A program made the translations under genes and the position numbers. From Vicugna vicugna (taxonomy: Eukaryota), in the NCBI GenBank assembly GCA_013265495.1, contig MU058791.1:1-64000 (forward strand): a DNA stretch of 64,000 nucleotides. Reading direction: 5' to 3'. The notes under the pieces were generated by a model. It was not told the DNA's origin, did no database searches, and was given only the letters and a program-made list of their open reading frames with translations. Of the stretch, positions 1 to 35,135 are shown piece after piece (positions within the stretch are counted from its first letter, which is position 1; each line of letters starts with the position of its first letter).

Positions 1-748
1 CGCCCCGCCGCCCACGCACCCAGGCCGGCGGGGGGAGGGAAGGAGTCGAAAGTTGTTGTTCTGCGGCAAAGATCAGTGTTTCCTGAACCAAGATGATCAT
101 AACAATCATCTAAGGAGCTTTTTATAAACAGAGATACAGGGACCAACCCCAGATCCGAGTAATGATAGTATTTTTATAAAATGATCTGTGACTATTAAAA
201 AATTTTAGGTAACAACCCAGAAATCACCATTGTTACCTTTTGGTAAGAATCACTACCATTGTCTCTTTATGCCTATTACTTCCTAATGTTTTCTTATGAA
301 AACTTTCAAACGTACAGGAAAGTTGAAAAATTGTTCAATGAATATTCATATGCCCACTCTCTCCATTCTACTATTAATATTTTATTATATTTGTCCTGTC
401 ACATACCTGTCCATCTACCATCCTTCTGTCCATAAGGGATTGGATCTGCTCTAGGCAGGAGCATGGCACGTCATCTGTGGTAATAACCTGAAGGCAGAGC
501 TAGAACGTGGTGGGTGTTGTAGTAAAGGTCTGAGGAAATACTCTTGGGTTATTAGCGGAAATGATGATGAAGGAGGAGATCCTGGGTTTATCGGGTGAAA
601 TAGTCACCTGAAGAGGAGGAGAATGAGTGAATTAGGGAAACAGAGGATAGTAAGTCTAAGGGCATTGAGGGCCCACTTAAAATTCTTTCTTTAAAAAATT
701 ATTTTTAGTATTTGGTGCCTGTCTATACTTTTATTAATTTGTTTATTA

Positions 749-881
749 GATTTTTTTTTGCGGGGGGAAAGTATTTAGGTTTATTTATTTGTTTGCTTAT
801 TTTTTAATGGAGGTGCTGGAGATTGAACCCAGAACCTCGTGCATGCTAAGCATGAGCTCTATCAGTGAGCTCTACCCTCCC
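749..881 (-). mobile_element. tRNA-derived SINE (camelid vic-1-like)
   Basis: Reverse complement of the GGGAGGGTATAGCTCA...GGTTCAATC head (A/B boxes) plus A-rich tail. Confidence 0.85.
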
Positions 882-1746
882 TGCCCGCCACTTGAGATTC
901 TTGGTCAAGATTTTAAAGTGAGATCCATCTGTGTGCTTGTGTGTTTTCTCCAGCTTCATTCCCTGCATAGGTGCAAGTGTGGGACAGGTGGGAAGTTGGG
1001 ATTAACTAGGGCTGTGGTTTGGCGTAAGAAAGGGTGAAGGGAGTTAAGGGTGTACACAAAAGAATGATTGTTCATGACTGACTAGAATTTTGGTTAAGTA
1101 AGGAGGGGAGAGGACATGTAGGGTAAAGGCCACTGAAAAGATGCTAGGATCCTTGGGTTGGAGGCATTGATGAGGCTGAAGGCTTGATGCAGTCAGAGTG
1201 TTAAAGGGGATTGAACTGGAAAGGTAGGAGTGGTGTTCAGAGTGGATTCCATAAAGCAGAGCTCATGTAGAGGTCCCTGTTATTGAAACAAGAATATTGC
1301 AGTGGGAGGGGCTGTTGAGGTAGGAGGGAGGCCAGACTGATTGGAGGACATGAGTTTAAGGAATCAAGAAGCCAGGCTGTTGGAAGGATCACCTACATAT
1401 ACATTAAAATTACCAAGTCCACCTTGATAATTTTATCAGACCTACTTCATAGGATTACTGTGAGGCATCAATAGTCAATGTCTATAAATGCTTACAACAA
1501 TAATCCACACTTCTACATGGTTGCTGTTTATTATTCTTATTATCATCCAGCAGAGAGCCAGCAGGCCTCTCCTGGTGAATTTGTCACAGGTCCTAAATTT
1601 ACCTTCTGGTGATTTTTGGGTTTTTTTTCCATAATGAAGAGATACATCTTTTCTCCCGCTAATCGAGAGCCCTGGGTTCCCCTCAGAAGAGTATGTGCCG
1701 TTGTGATGAAGTTAGCCGAACGTCCTTCCTTTCTCTTCTCTCCCAG

Positions 1747-5604
<3,858 letters not shown>

Positions 5605-7021
5605 TGTCCTTTGAAGAAATACTACTTCCTTTTAAGAAAATTGCCATAAAAAGAAAGGCCTGCTCCCTCCACTCTCTCCTCCATCCACAAGGTACCACGA
5701 AAAGACTGTCTTCCTCTGAGATGTTAGGATTGATGAGTACAAAGGAGAGTTTAATCTGGAACACATGGAACGGCCAGAGGACTTGTGCATCAGCATGTGA
5801 ATCCCACAAGTAACTTTATTGTCCCTAAAAGTACGATAATGTTACGCTTTGGTTAGGCCTGAATGCAGAGTGGACTCCTGATCCAGATTTTTTTCAGACT
5901 CTACTCTTTCTAATTAACTGGCTCTACCCAGGAAAAGTTCTTGAGTCTGAACTGATAGCTGCCGATGGATTACCTCAACATTACCTCCCAATTTTCTTGA
6001 CGCAAGTCACTTCCATTAATTTTCCCTTCTTTATTCAAAGTCCTGTGACTCCCTGTATTTTCTTGTTATGTCATCTCTGGTGCTGCCTTCCAGCCACTGT
6101 GAAAAACGTTTCAACAAACACTGTAGCAAAACTCTATTATTCCTGATTTGTGTTTTTCAAGATCAGTGCTTAACCCATTATCCTTAAGTGCAGGCGCTAT
6201 TAAATACAGCCCTCTGGGTGTACGATCCTTTAGCGCAGTATTATTAAGTTAAGGAGTTATAGCGACAATGAAATTGATTTGTGATCTATTTGGCCACATT
6301 ATCTTTTTTTTTCTTCCAAAATTGTTCTTGCAGTGATACCTTAATATTTTTAATGAACTCTGGGTGTTTGACATGGGGATTTCAGTCCCCTGGTGGATCA
6401 GCTTTGCCACTAAAAGTCCCTGCTGCCATATGATGTTATTTCTCTGTGGTACTTACGTAGTACTTTAACTTTGATAGAAGGAACTTACCGACACCAGGGA
6501 CTTTGGGGATTTCTAGAGATCACCAACACACTCCCTGACTCTGAAATTAAGCTTAATGCTGGAAGTATAACTAAACAGCAGCAAATCCCACAGCTTTATG
6601 CAGTTTGCTTCAGAGGCTCTCACATCTCCCACGCCATGACACTGTTTTTCGCAGAAATGGGGCAAGTACCAGGGCCCCAGGACACCCTTGCTACTTTTAC
6701 TGGCAACTCTTAATATCTTTCAGAATCAACTTTCAGGTTGTTCTGGCCACAGCAATAGATTTGTGATTCACATCTGAAATGTGTGCATGAGGGTATTGAT
6801 TTACCATTTCTGTATGATTCACATCCCTTTTATCCGTATACATCTAACGGCATCCTTCCTTCCTCAAGCCTTATAAATCGTGTAACTTGGTGCTACTCCT
6901 GTACATCAATAGAATTACAAAAGTCTATTTAATGGGGGCGGCTACCAAGGTTGTATATTGAACTAGAAAAAAAAAATAAAAGCACAGCGTCTTTTTTTTC
7001 CCCCAGATCTCTTGGTTTCTT

Positions 7022-7163
7022 TCTTTCTTTCTTTTTTTTAAAGGCGGGGGTGGTAATTAGGTTTATTTATTTATGTTTGGAGGAAGTACTGGGGATTGAA
7101 CCCCAGACCTCGTGCCTGCTAAACCTGTGCTCTACCACTTAAACTGTTTCCTCCCTTCTAGAA
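7022..7163 (-). mobile_element. vic-1-like SINE
   Basis: TSD ctcttggtttctt at 7009 and 7164. Confidence 0.88.
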
Positions 7164-7821
7164 CTCTTGGTTTCTTAAGTTAAAATATTTCAAAATCCTA
7201 AGCACAAAATGAGATGGAAAACTAGATTTTTTCTTGGGGAGGGGTTTAGATCACTCCAGATTTCAAACTTTACACCTCAGAAGACTGTTTATGGTTTCTT
7301 GTTACCTCTCCAACTTGAGCCTTGAAATGTATGTATCTTAACCTTCTTAATCTCATCTCCTGTATCTTAATGTTCTGACTTTCAATCACCACTGCAACGT
7401 GGATTAGCATTTTGAGTTCCTTGCAGGAAGGGACCATTTGAAGAATTCCAAATCAAACACTCCCATAATAAAGTGTGGGATAAAAATATAGATAAAATAA
7501 AAATAAAGTAAAATATTTTAAAAATAGAAAATGTGATATTAATATCCCATTAATATCAGTTTATGCTAAATTTCATAATCAATGAAGAATAGAGCTCAAT
7601 TGGGTATTCAGGGAATAGAAATATTAACAGCCATTTAAAACTTTTTATTTTGTTTAAAATGACACATTAGTCTCAGTAAAATAAAAATTTTTATAAGAAC
7701 TATTTTGCTCAGTTTTCCTATGTTTTACATTCCCATATTATAAGCAAAAATATTTTAAACCATAGCCTTTTTTGGTCTGACCATATTACCTTTGAAGTTT
7801 TACTATTTAAAAAAATTCCTT

Positions 7822-7953
7822 AGGGAGGAGGTTATAGCTCAAGCAGTAGAGTGCATGCTTAGCATGCACTAGGTCCTGGGTTCAATCCCCAGTACTTCCT
7901 ATAAATAATAAATAAACCAAACTACTTCCCCCTGCCAAACAAACAAAACAAAC
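7822..7953 (+). mobile_element. vic-1-like SINE
   Basis: tRNA-like head; TSD aaattcctt. Confidence 0.88.
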
Positions 7954-8561
7954 AAATTCCTTGACTGATGTTATAAATAGTATTGCTTTTACAAAATTGA
8001 AGAAACTTGGTTTAAAGAAATTAAGAGTTACACAGGGAAGGAAGTCCAAGATTAAGAATCAAGACTTTGGGGTCTTGAGGTTCCAAAAGCTTTACCTAAT
8101 TTCTCTTAGATGTACTTGGATATTTGGTTTACATTTTTCAGCTTTTCATGGTATTCAGGCTAAAACTATTACATTTTGGGGAAATTGGGACAACATACTT
8201 AATATTTGTAGCACACTATTACACAAATAACAACTCCTACATTACTCCCTGGAAGTAGTAGCTCACTGTCACGATTGTATTTAAATCTGAGAAAGCACAA
8301 TTGAAAGTAGACTGTTACTTCCCCACTGCCAGTTGCAAAATCAGTTAACTTTAGAAAATTTTAATAGAAGTTCATTACTATAATACTGTTTCCCTGTGTC
8401 TTATCTGACTCATATGAAGAACCAGCTATAATGGAACAAAAATAAGAAATGTTGTCCCTGTTATCCAGAAGTTTATGGTGTAGTTGGGGAGATGAGACAA
8501 GTGGGAAAATGACTAAAACAGTAGAATGAGATAAGAATGAAGTCGTAAGATGCGTGACGAC

Positions 8562-9055
8562 TATGGCAGATGGCATTTTCCAAAACGGCTAAAGCTGTCT
8601 TTAGTGTCCCACAAGCTCTTGCAGAATCCTGCCACACCCAACTGGAGGTGGAGTCTATTTCCCTTCCCTCTTGAAATTGAGCAGGCCTTTGTGGTTGCCT
8701 CTGTAAATGCAATGCACTGAAAGTGATGCTGGGTCACTTCCAAGGACACACGTTGTGGAGCTGCCATATTGTGGAGAAGCCCAGGCCACACAGAGAAGCC
8801 ACTTGGATATGTCTGAGCTGACAGCTTCTGCTAAGGTCTTAGCTGAACAGTCAACATCGAATGCCAGACTTGAGAGTGAGAGAACCTTCTGATAATTCAA
8901 GTCCCCAGCCTTGGGTTTCTTCCAATTGACCCCTAGTGGAGTAGAGACCCATGAAAGCCCAACCTAAACTGCCGTCTGTGCGTGCGTGCATGTGTGTATG
9001 TATGTGTATGTATGTATGTGTATTTATATAAGGGTGTTTTTTGTTAAAGCTAAAC
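8562..9055. mobile_element. MaLR (MLT1-like) LTR remnant
   Basis: Resembles MLT1 (tatggcagatggcattttccaaaa...ttgttaaagctaa); recognised from memory. Confidence 0.55.
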
Positions 9056-10119
9056 AAACCTGAACATTAATAAAACTGGTAAGGGGAGATTTTAATCAGT
9101 CATATACTATGCACTGCAGTGGGGGAAAGAATCCAGCATGAACTGAACTCAACTTTGACTTGTACAGAGGTGACTGGCGTTTTACCAGGAGAGTGAGAGA
9201 ATGGGAAGAGAGTGGTGAGTGGGCTCAGTGGAGTCAGTGAAGTGAAAAATTACAAAAAGCAGGAGAGTTTGGTCCATGTGAACACACTCGGGTGTGTTAA
9301 CTGGTGCCAGTGTAAGTTAGGCTCCTATCCCTCCACAGAGCCTGGGAACCGGAGAGCCTATCTTCAAGTATTGACTGGAACAAACAGTAAATTCTTTTGG
9401 CAACCTTGAGCTTTCCCAGGCAGGTGCCTGAATGGGGCTAGAGTCACCCTAGGGGTGGACCTGTTAGGAACTATTTAGTTTATTCAACTCTTTATGGGCC
9501 AAGGTAAAACCTAGTGGAGAAAAGGCTCAGAGGAGCCTGGCTAGAGTGTGATTAGGAGAGACTGTGTGTGTGTGTGTGCACACCCAAATATTTTGCTTCC
9601 TTCTTGGACACAGATCTAAGCCTTAGAACAGATCATTGGATTTGGTGACTATAAGTCATTAAGTGACCTTTGAAATAGCTTGTTTCAGAAGTTCGATTGC
9701 AGAGACTTACAATTTGAGTAAGGAAAATAAATTTGAAGGCCTTCTATGTGCCAATAGTTTGTTCATTTAGTTTTTACACCTGTAGGAGGTGGCTATTATT
9801 ATCCTTAATTTACTGATGCAGCTCGTAAAGATTAATTGCCCAAAGCCATTAAGTAGTAGGAGGGATTAAAATGTAGGGCCAGCAGATTCCTAGGACCATA
9901 CACTTTCCCTTACACTATGCTGTGCAAGAGGGGGCAAAAGAGACTAGCTCAGAGGGACAAAATCCTGATCTCTGTATTTCAGAGAAGCTAAAGAAGGCAT
10001 GTAGGAAGTTGACAGTGAAAAAAGTTCGTAAGCTATTAACTATAAACCAGCGTCACAAATTTTTGAAAATTTTCAAGTGGTTCCAGTAAGATCGAAGCAA
10101 AATAAATAGGCTGTTTGGG

Positions 10120-10920
10120 TCACGCCGGCTCTGGGGGCGTCTCAGCCCCAGTCGTGGGGACCGAACACCCCGCCACAGACTTGGGGTAGCCGCTTTGGCC
10201 AGGTCTTGACCGGCCCGGCGGCCCTGAGCGGACACAGTGGTGGAGAAGGCCTTTGCTGGTCACTGAGCTCGGAGACGTGCTCACAGGAGAAGGGCACCGG
10301 CCGCCTGGCCTCAAAGGCTCCCAGCCTTTGAGGAGCACGCCCACCTGAGCACCGACGGTGGCCATGGCAACGCGGCGGACGTCAGCGGCGCCGGCGGCCA
10401 ACAGCCGGGGCCTCGTCAAGGGGCGGGGCCGAGCGTGTGTCACGTGGCCCTGGGCGGAGCCTGCGCCGGGCTGGCCGGAGCACGTCGCGAGCGGGTGCCG
10501 AGGCCCGAGCCGCGGGACCCGAGCGAAGGCCGTGCCGAGTCCGCTGGGCCCCGCCGGGCCGCCCCAGCCGCCGCCATGGGCAGTGAGTAGCGGCGGCGCG
10601 GCTCTCGCCGCGGGCGCGGACGCAGACGGGCCGCGGACGGTGGGGCGGGCGCCCGCTCGGGGTCGCCCCCCCACCCCACGCCGGGCCGGGGAGGTGCGGG
10701 CCGCACGGGGCCGCTGCGGAGGGCGCGGGCCGGGGGCCTCTGCCGAGGGCCTCCGCCAAGGCTCCTCCAGCCGCGCGAAGGCCTCGCCCGGGCCGGCTGC
10801 GGGGCTGGGACCCGGAGGCTCGGGGTCTGCGCTCGAGGGGTGACGGGGAGCGGAGGACACTGCAGGAGGCCACAGGCTTTGGGGGCGGGGAGCCAGGGAA
10901 TCGGGCGAAACCTGGACCAC
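10120..10920. promoter_or_regulatory. SEC61A2: SEC61A2 CpG-island promoter (copy 1)
   Basis: Very GC/CpG-rich around the ATG exon; X-box 10358-10371, CRE-like GACGTCA 10378-10384, GC box 10420-10428, E-box GTCACGTGG 10439-10447. Confidence 0.85.
10576..10582 (+). CDS. SEC61A2: SEC61A2 coding exon 1, upstream duplicate copy
   Basis: gccgccATGGGCA|gtgagt with strong Kozak context. Confidence 0.85.
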
Positions 10921-12637
10921 TTTTAATTTTTCAGGAGCTTAGGAAACTCATATTTTTATTCCCAACTCAGCCTTCCTTGGCATGTTAGTTGTGATGAATG
11001 AAGCTCCTTGACTTGTTTCGTTTTTTAAAAAGTGATGCATGGCGTGTATTTTAAGGGAGGAAAGGAGGCAATCAATGGCATAGCGTTTTCCTTAGAATTT
11101 TCATTTCAGCCATTGTCGTGTTTACTGAAAACTCAACGTGTATCACGTATAAGCCTTAGGGACCAGGCCTTGTATAATGGGGATCTTTGGAGGGCCCTCT
11201 CCCAAAGCCTCAACACCGCATCTCTTCACAAATACACTTACAGAGCTGTTCAGGTGATTGCTGGGCGAATGGTTTACCGCAAACCCAAAATGCACCCATT
11301 GGCCAATTAACAGAAAGGAAGCAGAGGAGACCCTTGGCCTTGAGTTTGCAGTATGAAGAGTTAAATTCTGCAACAGAATGGACAAGTGGCAGACTGGAGC
11401 ATTGCTTGAACACGAGTACTCCAACACACATGATCACAAGCCAAGAAATCTGGGAGGGTGGCTTGAGGTGGGAAGGAAAAGAAGTGAAGGATTCTAGGAA
11501 GTTTCCTGATGTGATTGACATTTGTTTTGCATTAGAGATGAACACTTTTATAATTCAGATCTACTTTCCAAATAGTCTGAAATGGTGCTTGGGTAACAGA
11601 CATCTGCCCCTGAGATTTCCCGAATTCTCCTGTCACACATCAGTGGCTGCCGTCACTTTGAGAGGTTTCACAAAAAGAGCATAGTCGGCTGTTGGCTAAC
11701 TGCCTCCGTGTAATTACCCATGTTTGTTTTAAAACAATTTCATGATGTTAGTATACAGAATCCAATGTTGATAAGGGAAGACTATCATAACTAATAGCTA
11801 GCTGTGTCTTCTTGTTTTTCTGCACATTACAAACGCTGGCAAAGACTGAGAGATTATCATCTTCATCCTCCAGTTCTTTGGCAGGACTGGACTTAAGCCA
11901 TGCCAGACAAGAGTGTCTATCCTTAAAGAACCTTGGTTTATCTTACTTTGAGATATTATGAGTTGTCTGGGAAAACAGTTCTTTTCTCATGAAATGTAAT
12001 GGTCATTCTTTGGGCTGATTATTGTAAATAACACAAGTACTTTAAGATCCTTACGTGGAAGAGCGACGAAGCAGTGAATTCAGTGACTTAATGAAATGAA
12101 GTAGGGATTGTATACAGTACTTTAAAAACCCATTTATAGAAGACTTCGTGCTCTTTCTCACTGACGCATGTCAGTATCTTTCAGTCCCAAATGGTCAGTT
12201 CTGTAGTTTCTGCCCCTTTCCTGTTGTGCTTTCCTCTTTCCTCCTCTGATGTGTTCTGTCTTCCTGCATTCTTTGGGTAACGTAGTAGCTTGTGTTTGCT
12301 CTTTCTGCTGTCATGATGCTCACTAAAGGATCCCTCTTCTGTGTATACAAGGGGGCTGGGATTCAGGCGTGAAGAAGCAAAGTCGTGGTTAAAGGCGTGC
12401 TTACTTGTTACTTGCTTCTACTGACCAGCCCTTGAACCTTTGGATTCATTTGTCCCTTGAATTATTTCTCTTCCCTTCTATATTTGGAATGGAGAGCATC
12501 ATGATTAATTCATTTTGTGGGTGGGGATGGGATGGATTGCCATTAAAAGAGAACATTTATGTTTGATTCTGTAAAGAGATACAGAAAACTTTAAAAACTT
12601 TGTAATAGGGGCATTTATTCTTTTTTCTTTTTAACAG

Positions 12638-12705
12638 TCAAATTTCTAGAAGTTATCAAACCTTTCTGTGCTGTTCTACCAGAAATTCAGAAACCCGAAA
12701 GGAAA
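12638..12705 (+). CDS. SEC61A2: SEC61A2 exon 2, upstream duplicate copy
   Basis: taacag|TC AAA TTT...AAA|gtaagt; identical to 15912-15979. Confidence 0.85.
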
Positions 12706-13345
12706 GTAAGTAGACTGTTTTGGTAATCTAGAGGGTAGCTGAATGACTAACTCTGTGAAACTAGCTACATTAATTTATTTTCCTCAACCTTTTTCTGGTT
12801 GTGTTTGGAGAAACACTACCTGTTCCTCCTCCTTTCAAGAGGAACAACGTGAATGAAACTAGTATAGACCTTTTAAATCTAGGTGGACTGTCTCCTGGTT
12901 TCAAAATGACTGTTCTGTAAGTTGTAACATTTCCAAACCAAGGGTTTCTTTGGCCTGTGTGTTGGGTAAAATACAGAATTCTCCTCTTGTGATCCACTGC
13001 GCTCGGAATGACCCGGTCTGCTGGGTTGTTTTACATAAATGGATTGCGGCTGTGCAAGTATATACCTCCCATGTCTTGATTCATTCAGTGCAAAGAAAAA
13101 TCACAGCAGTGCATTCAGGATATATTGTGACCGCATCAGATTGTCTCTCCATCATTGTAAGCTTTTGGAGCTGAGGCATTTAAGTTCCAGAAATATTGTT
13201 AATCCCAAACTGGCCAGTTCCCAGACATTCCTCTTCTACTGTACTTGCAATTTCTCACAAAACTAACCAGAATAGGGACATAGAGAGAAGCAAAACTTTT
13301 GTTAAAATTACTGTTTCCTTTAGAGCTATATTTCTTTTTTTTTTT

Positions 13346-13415
13346 NNNNNNNNNNNNNNNNNNNNNNNNNNNNNNNNNNNNNNNNNNNNNNNNNNNNNNN
13401 NNNNNNNNNNNNNNN
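13346..13415. other. Assembly gap (70 N)
   Basis: Run of N. Confidence 1.
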
Positions 13416-13700
13416 AGGGCACCGGCCGCCTGGCCTCAAAGGCTCCCAGCCTTTGAGGAGCACGCCCACCTGAGCACCGACGGTGGCCATGGCAACGCGG
13501 CGGACGTCAGCGGCGCCGGCGGCCAACAGCCGGGGCCTCGTCAAGGGGCGGGGCCGAGCGTGTGTCACGTGGCCCTGGGCGGAGCCTGCGCCGGGCTGGC
13601 CGGAGCGCGTCGCGAGCGGGTGCCGAGGCCCGAGCCGCGGGACCCGAGCGAAGGCCGTGCCGAGTCCGCTGGGCCCCGCCGGGCCGCCCCAGCCGCCGCC

Positions 13701-13707
13701 ATGGGCA
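13701..13707 (+). CDS. SEC61A2: SEC61A2 coding exon 1 (copy 2, first repeat unit)
   Basis: gccgccATGGGCA|gtgagt. Confidence 0.75.
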
Positions 13708-13850
13708 GTGAGTAGCGGCGGCGCGGCTCTCGCCGCGGGCGCGGACGCAGACGACCGGAGCACGAGCGGGTGCCGAGGCCCGAGCCGCGGGACCCGAGCG
13801 AAGGCCGTGCCGAGTCCGCTGGGCCCCGCCGGGCCGCCCCAGCCGCCGCC

Positions 13851-33587
<19,737 letters not shown>

Positions 33588-34435
33588 ATGTTCCCGTATT
33601 TCTTTTTGTGTGTGTGAAAGGGAAAACATTTTGACACGTTGTTTTTGTCAGATAATGCTGGTCCCCTTTCTTTTCTCTCACAGTTTGTTTTCAAGTGTTA
33701 ACTGTCCCATTTCTGAAATGGGCACGGAGCTAAGCCTGTGTGCAGCGTTAGTACCAGCTGCCTTAAAACCGAAGTTTACATCATTCATTACAAAACGTAC
33801 ACGCAGTGTTGCCTGTGATGCTGGAAACCAGTGTACCCGCCTCGCCATGTTCAGCTGTGACGGTGAGATGGTGACGTGCATCAGTTTTGCACACAACATT
33901 CAAAACACTCAGTATTCCCCTGACTTGTTTAAAAATAAAGAGTTCAAATTGCCACTTTCCAGTATTTTTGTGCTTATTTAATGAGTTCTGGAACATTTAT
34001 ATCTAATCTATATTTTAGATATAATTGCTTTTTATACTTTTTTAACGCATAGTGTCCATGTTCCCACCCTCCCTCCCTCCTATTTGTCTTTCCTCAAAGC
34101 AGCCGTGTAGCCCACGTGGGCAGAATCGAGCTTTCCGTCACATCTGTCATGAGAGACAACCGCTTCTGATTTCCCGATCTCCAGTCCCCCTCCTCCCCAG
34201 GGACAGCACCGTCCATGCTGTTTTGCTGTATTGGCTATGCCTTGAATTCCAACACGTCACTTGAGAATACTCTTAGAAGAGCCTATGCTCCAGTTGTTTT
34301 TTTTTTTAATCCCTAAAGCAAAGATCTAATTCTCAAGCAATGTCTGTAGTTCAGTGGGGGTGAACGACGAGTAATTCGTGCTAGAATCTGTGTCTGTTGT
34401 ACTTGACAGCAGCAACATGAGTGTAAACAGTAGAC

Positions 34436-34477
34436 AATAAAATTTTATTTAATAAAACTTTTGGTTGGAAAAATAAA
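34436..34477 (+). terminator. SEC61A2: SEC61A2 distal poly(A) signal cluster
   Basis: AATAAA at 34436, 34451 and 34472; a proximal AATAAA also at 33934. Confidence 0.65.
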
Positions 34478-34999
34478 GTCTGATATTAAATGATTTCTAA
34501 GATGATTTGTCTTGAGTTCACTGCATTCACACAAAATTCATCTGAGATACCTACTGCAAATGTATTAGTTTGACCCGAAAAAATACTGAGGGATAGTGAC
34601 CAACATAAGGATACTCAGTTTTGTGACTAACATTTGGAAAGAACAGAACAGTGGTCTCAAACATCTTGGCCTCCATTTGAAATAGTACATTTCTTTATAA
34701 ACAATTCATGTTTTCAAAGTAAGTGCTTTATTGTCCAAAGAGTGCAAACTTAATTTTTCAAAGACATCCTTTTCATTTGTGTGGTTTTTCTGTCATTGTT
34801 TAAGTGCGGGAAGTATATTTTATTTAGCTTAGGCTCACAAGGCCAGCTAATTTCAGGAGCAAGGCAGAGAAAACAAAGGCAGGCAGGACAGTGGCCATGG
34901 TCACTGGAGAGCATTTTCTGAGGTCCTCAGACCATTGTTACCATGGAAACATGCACCCAGCGTTAGAGGTGTTTCCTAAAAGTAGGTGGAAATATGGCT

Positions 35000-35135
35000 T
35001 TTATTTTATTTTGGGGGTGGGTGGGTGGGGAGTAATCACATTTATTTTTTTTTTTAGAGGAGGTACTGGGGATTGAACCCAGGACCCTGTGCATGCTCAG
35101 CATGTGTTCTACCTCTTGAGCTATACCCTCCCCCC
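35000..35135 (-). mobile_element. vic-1-like SINE
   Basis: gaggtactggggattgaacccaggacc...gagctataccctcccc. Confidence 0.88.

Larger units (their letters stand above)
10291..13345 (+). repeat. Copy 1 of ~3.1-kb tandem duplication (SEC61A2 promoter, exon 1, exon 2)
   Basis: Matches 13416-16619 nearly base for base and ends at the N gap. Confidence 0.95.

Noticed and set aside
10053..10920. Long Pro/Ala/Arg/Gly-rich ORFs (up to 266 aa) on both strands, and their 13299-14195 counterparts
   Set aside because: Stop-codon depletion in a CpG island; open in several overlapping frames with no recognisable domain.
11187..11684. 165-aa ORF in SEC61A2 intron 1
   Set aside because: No recognisable homology, and frameshifted in the duplicate copy by the 1-bp indel.
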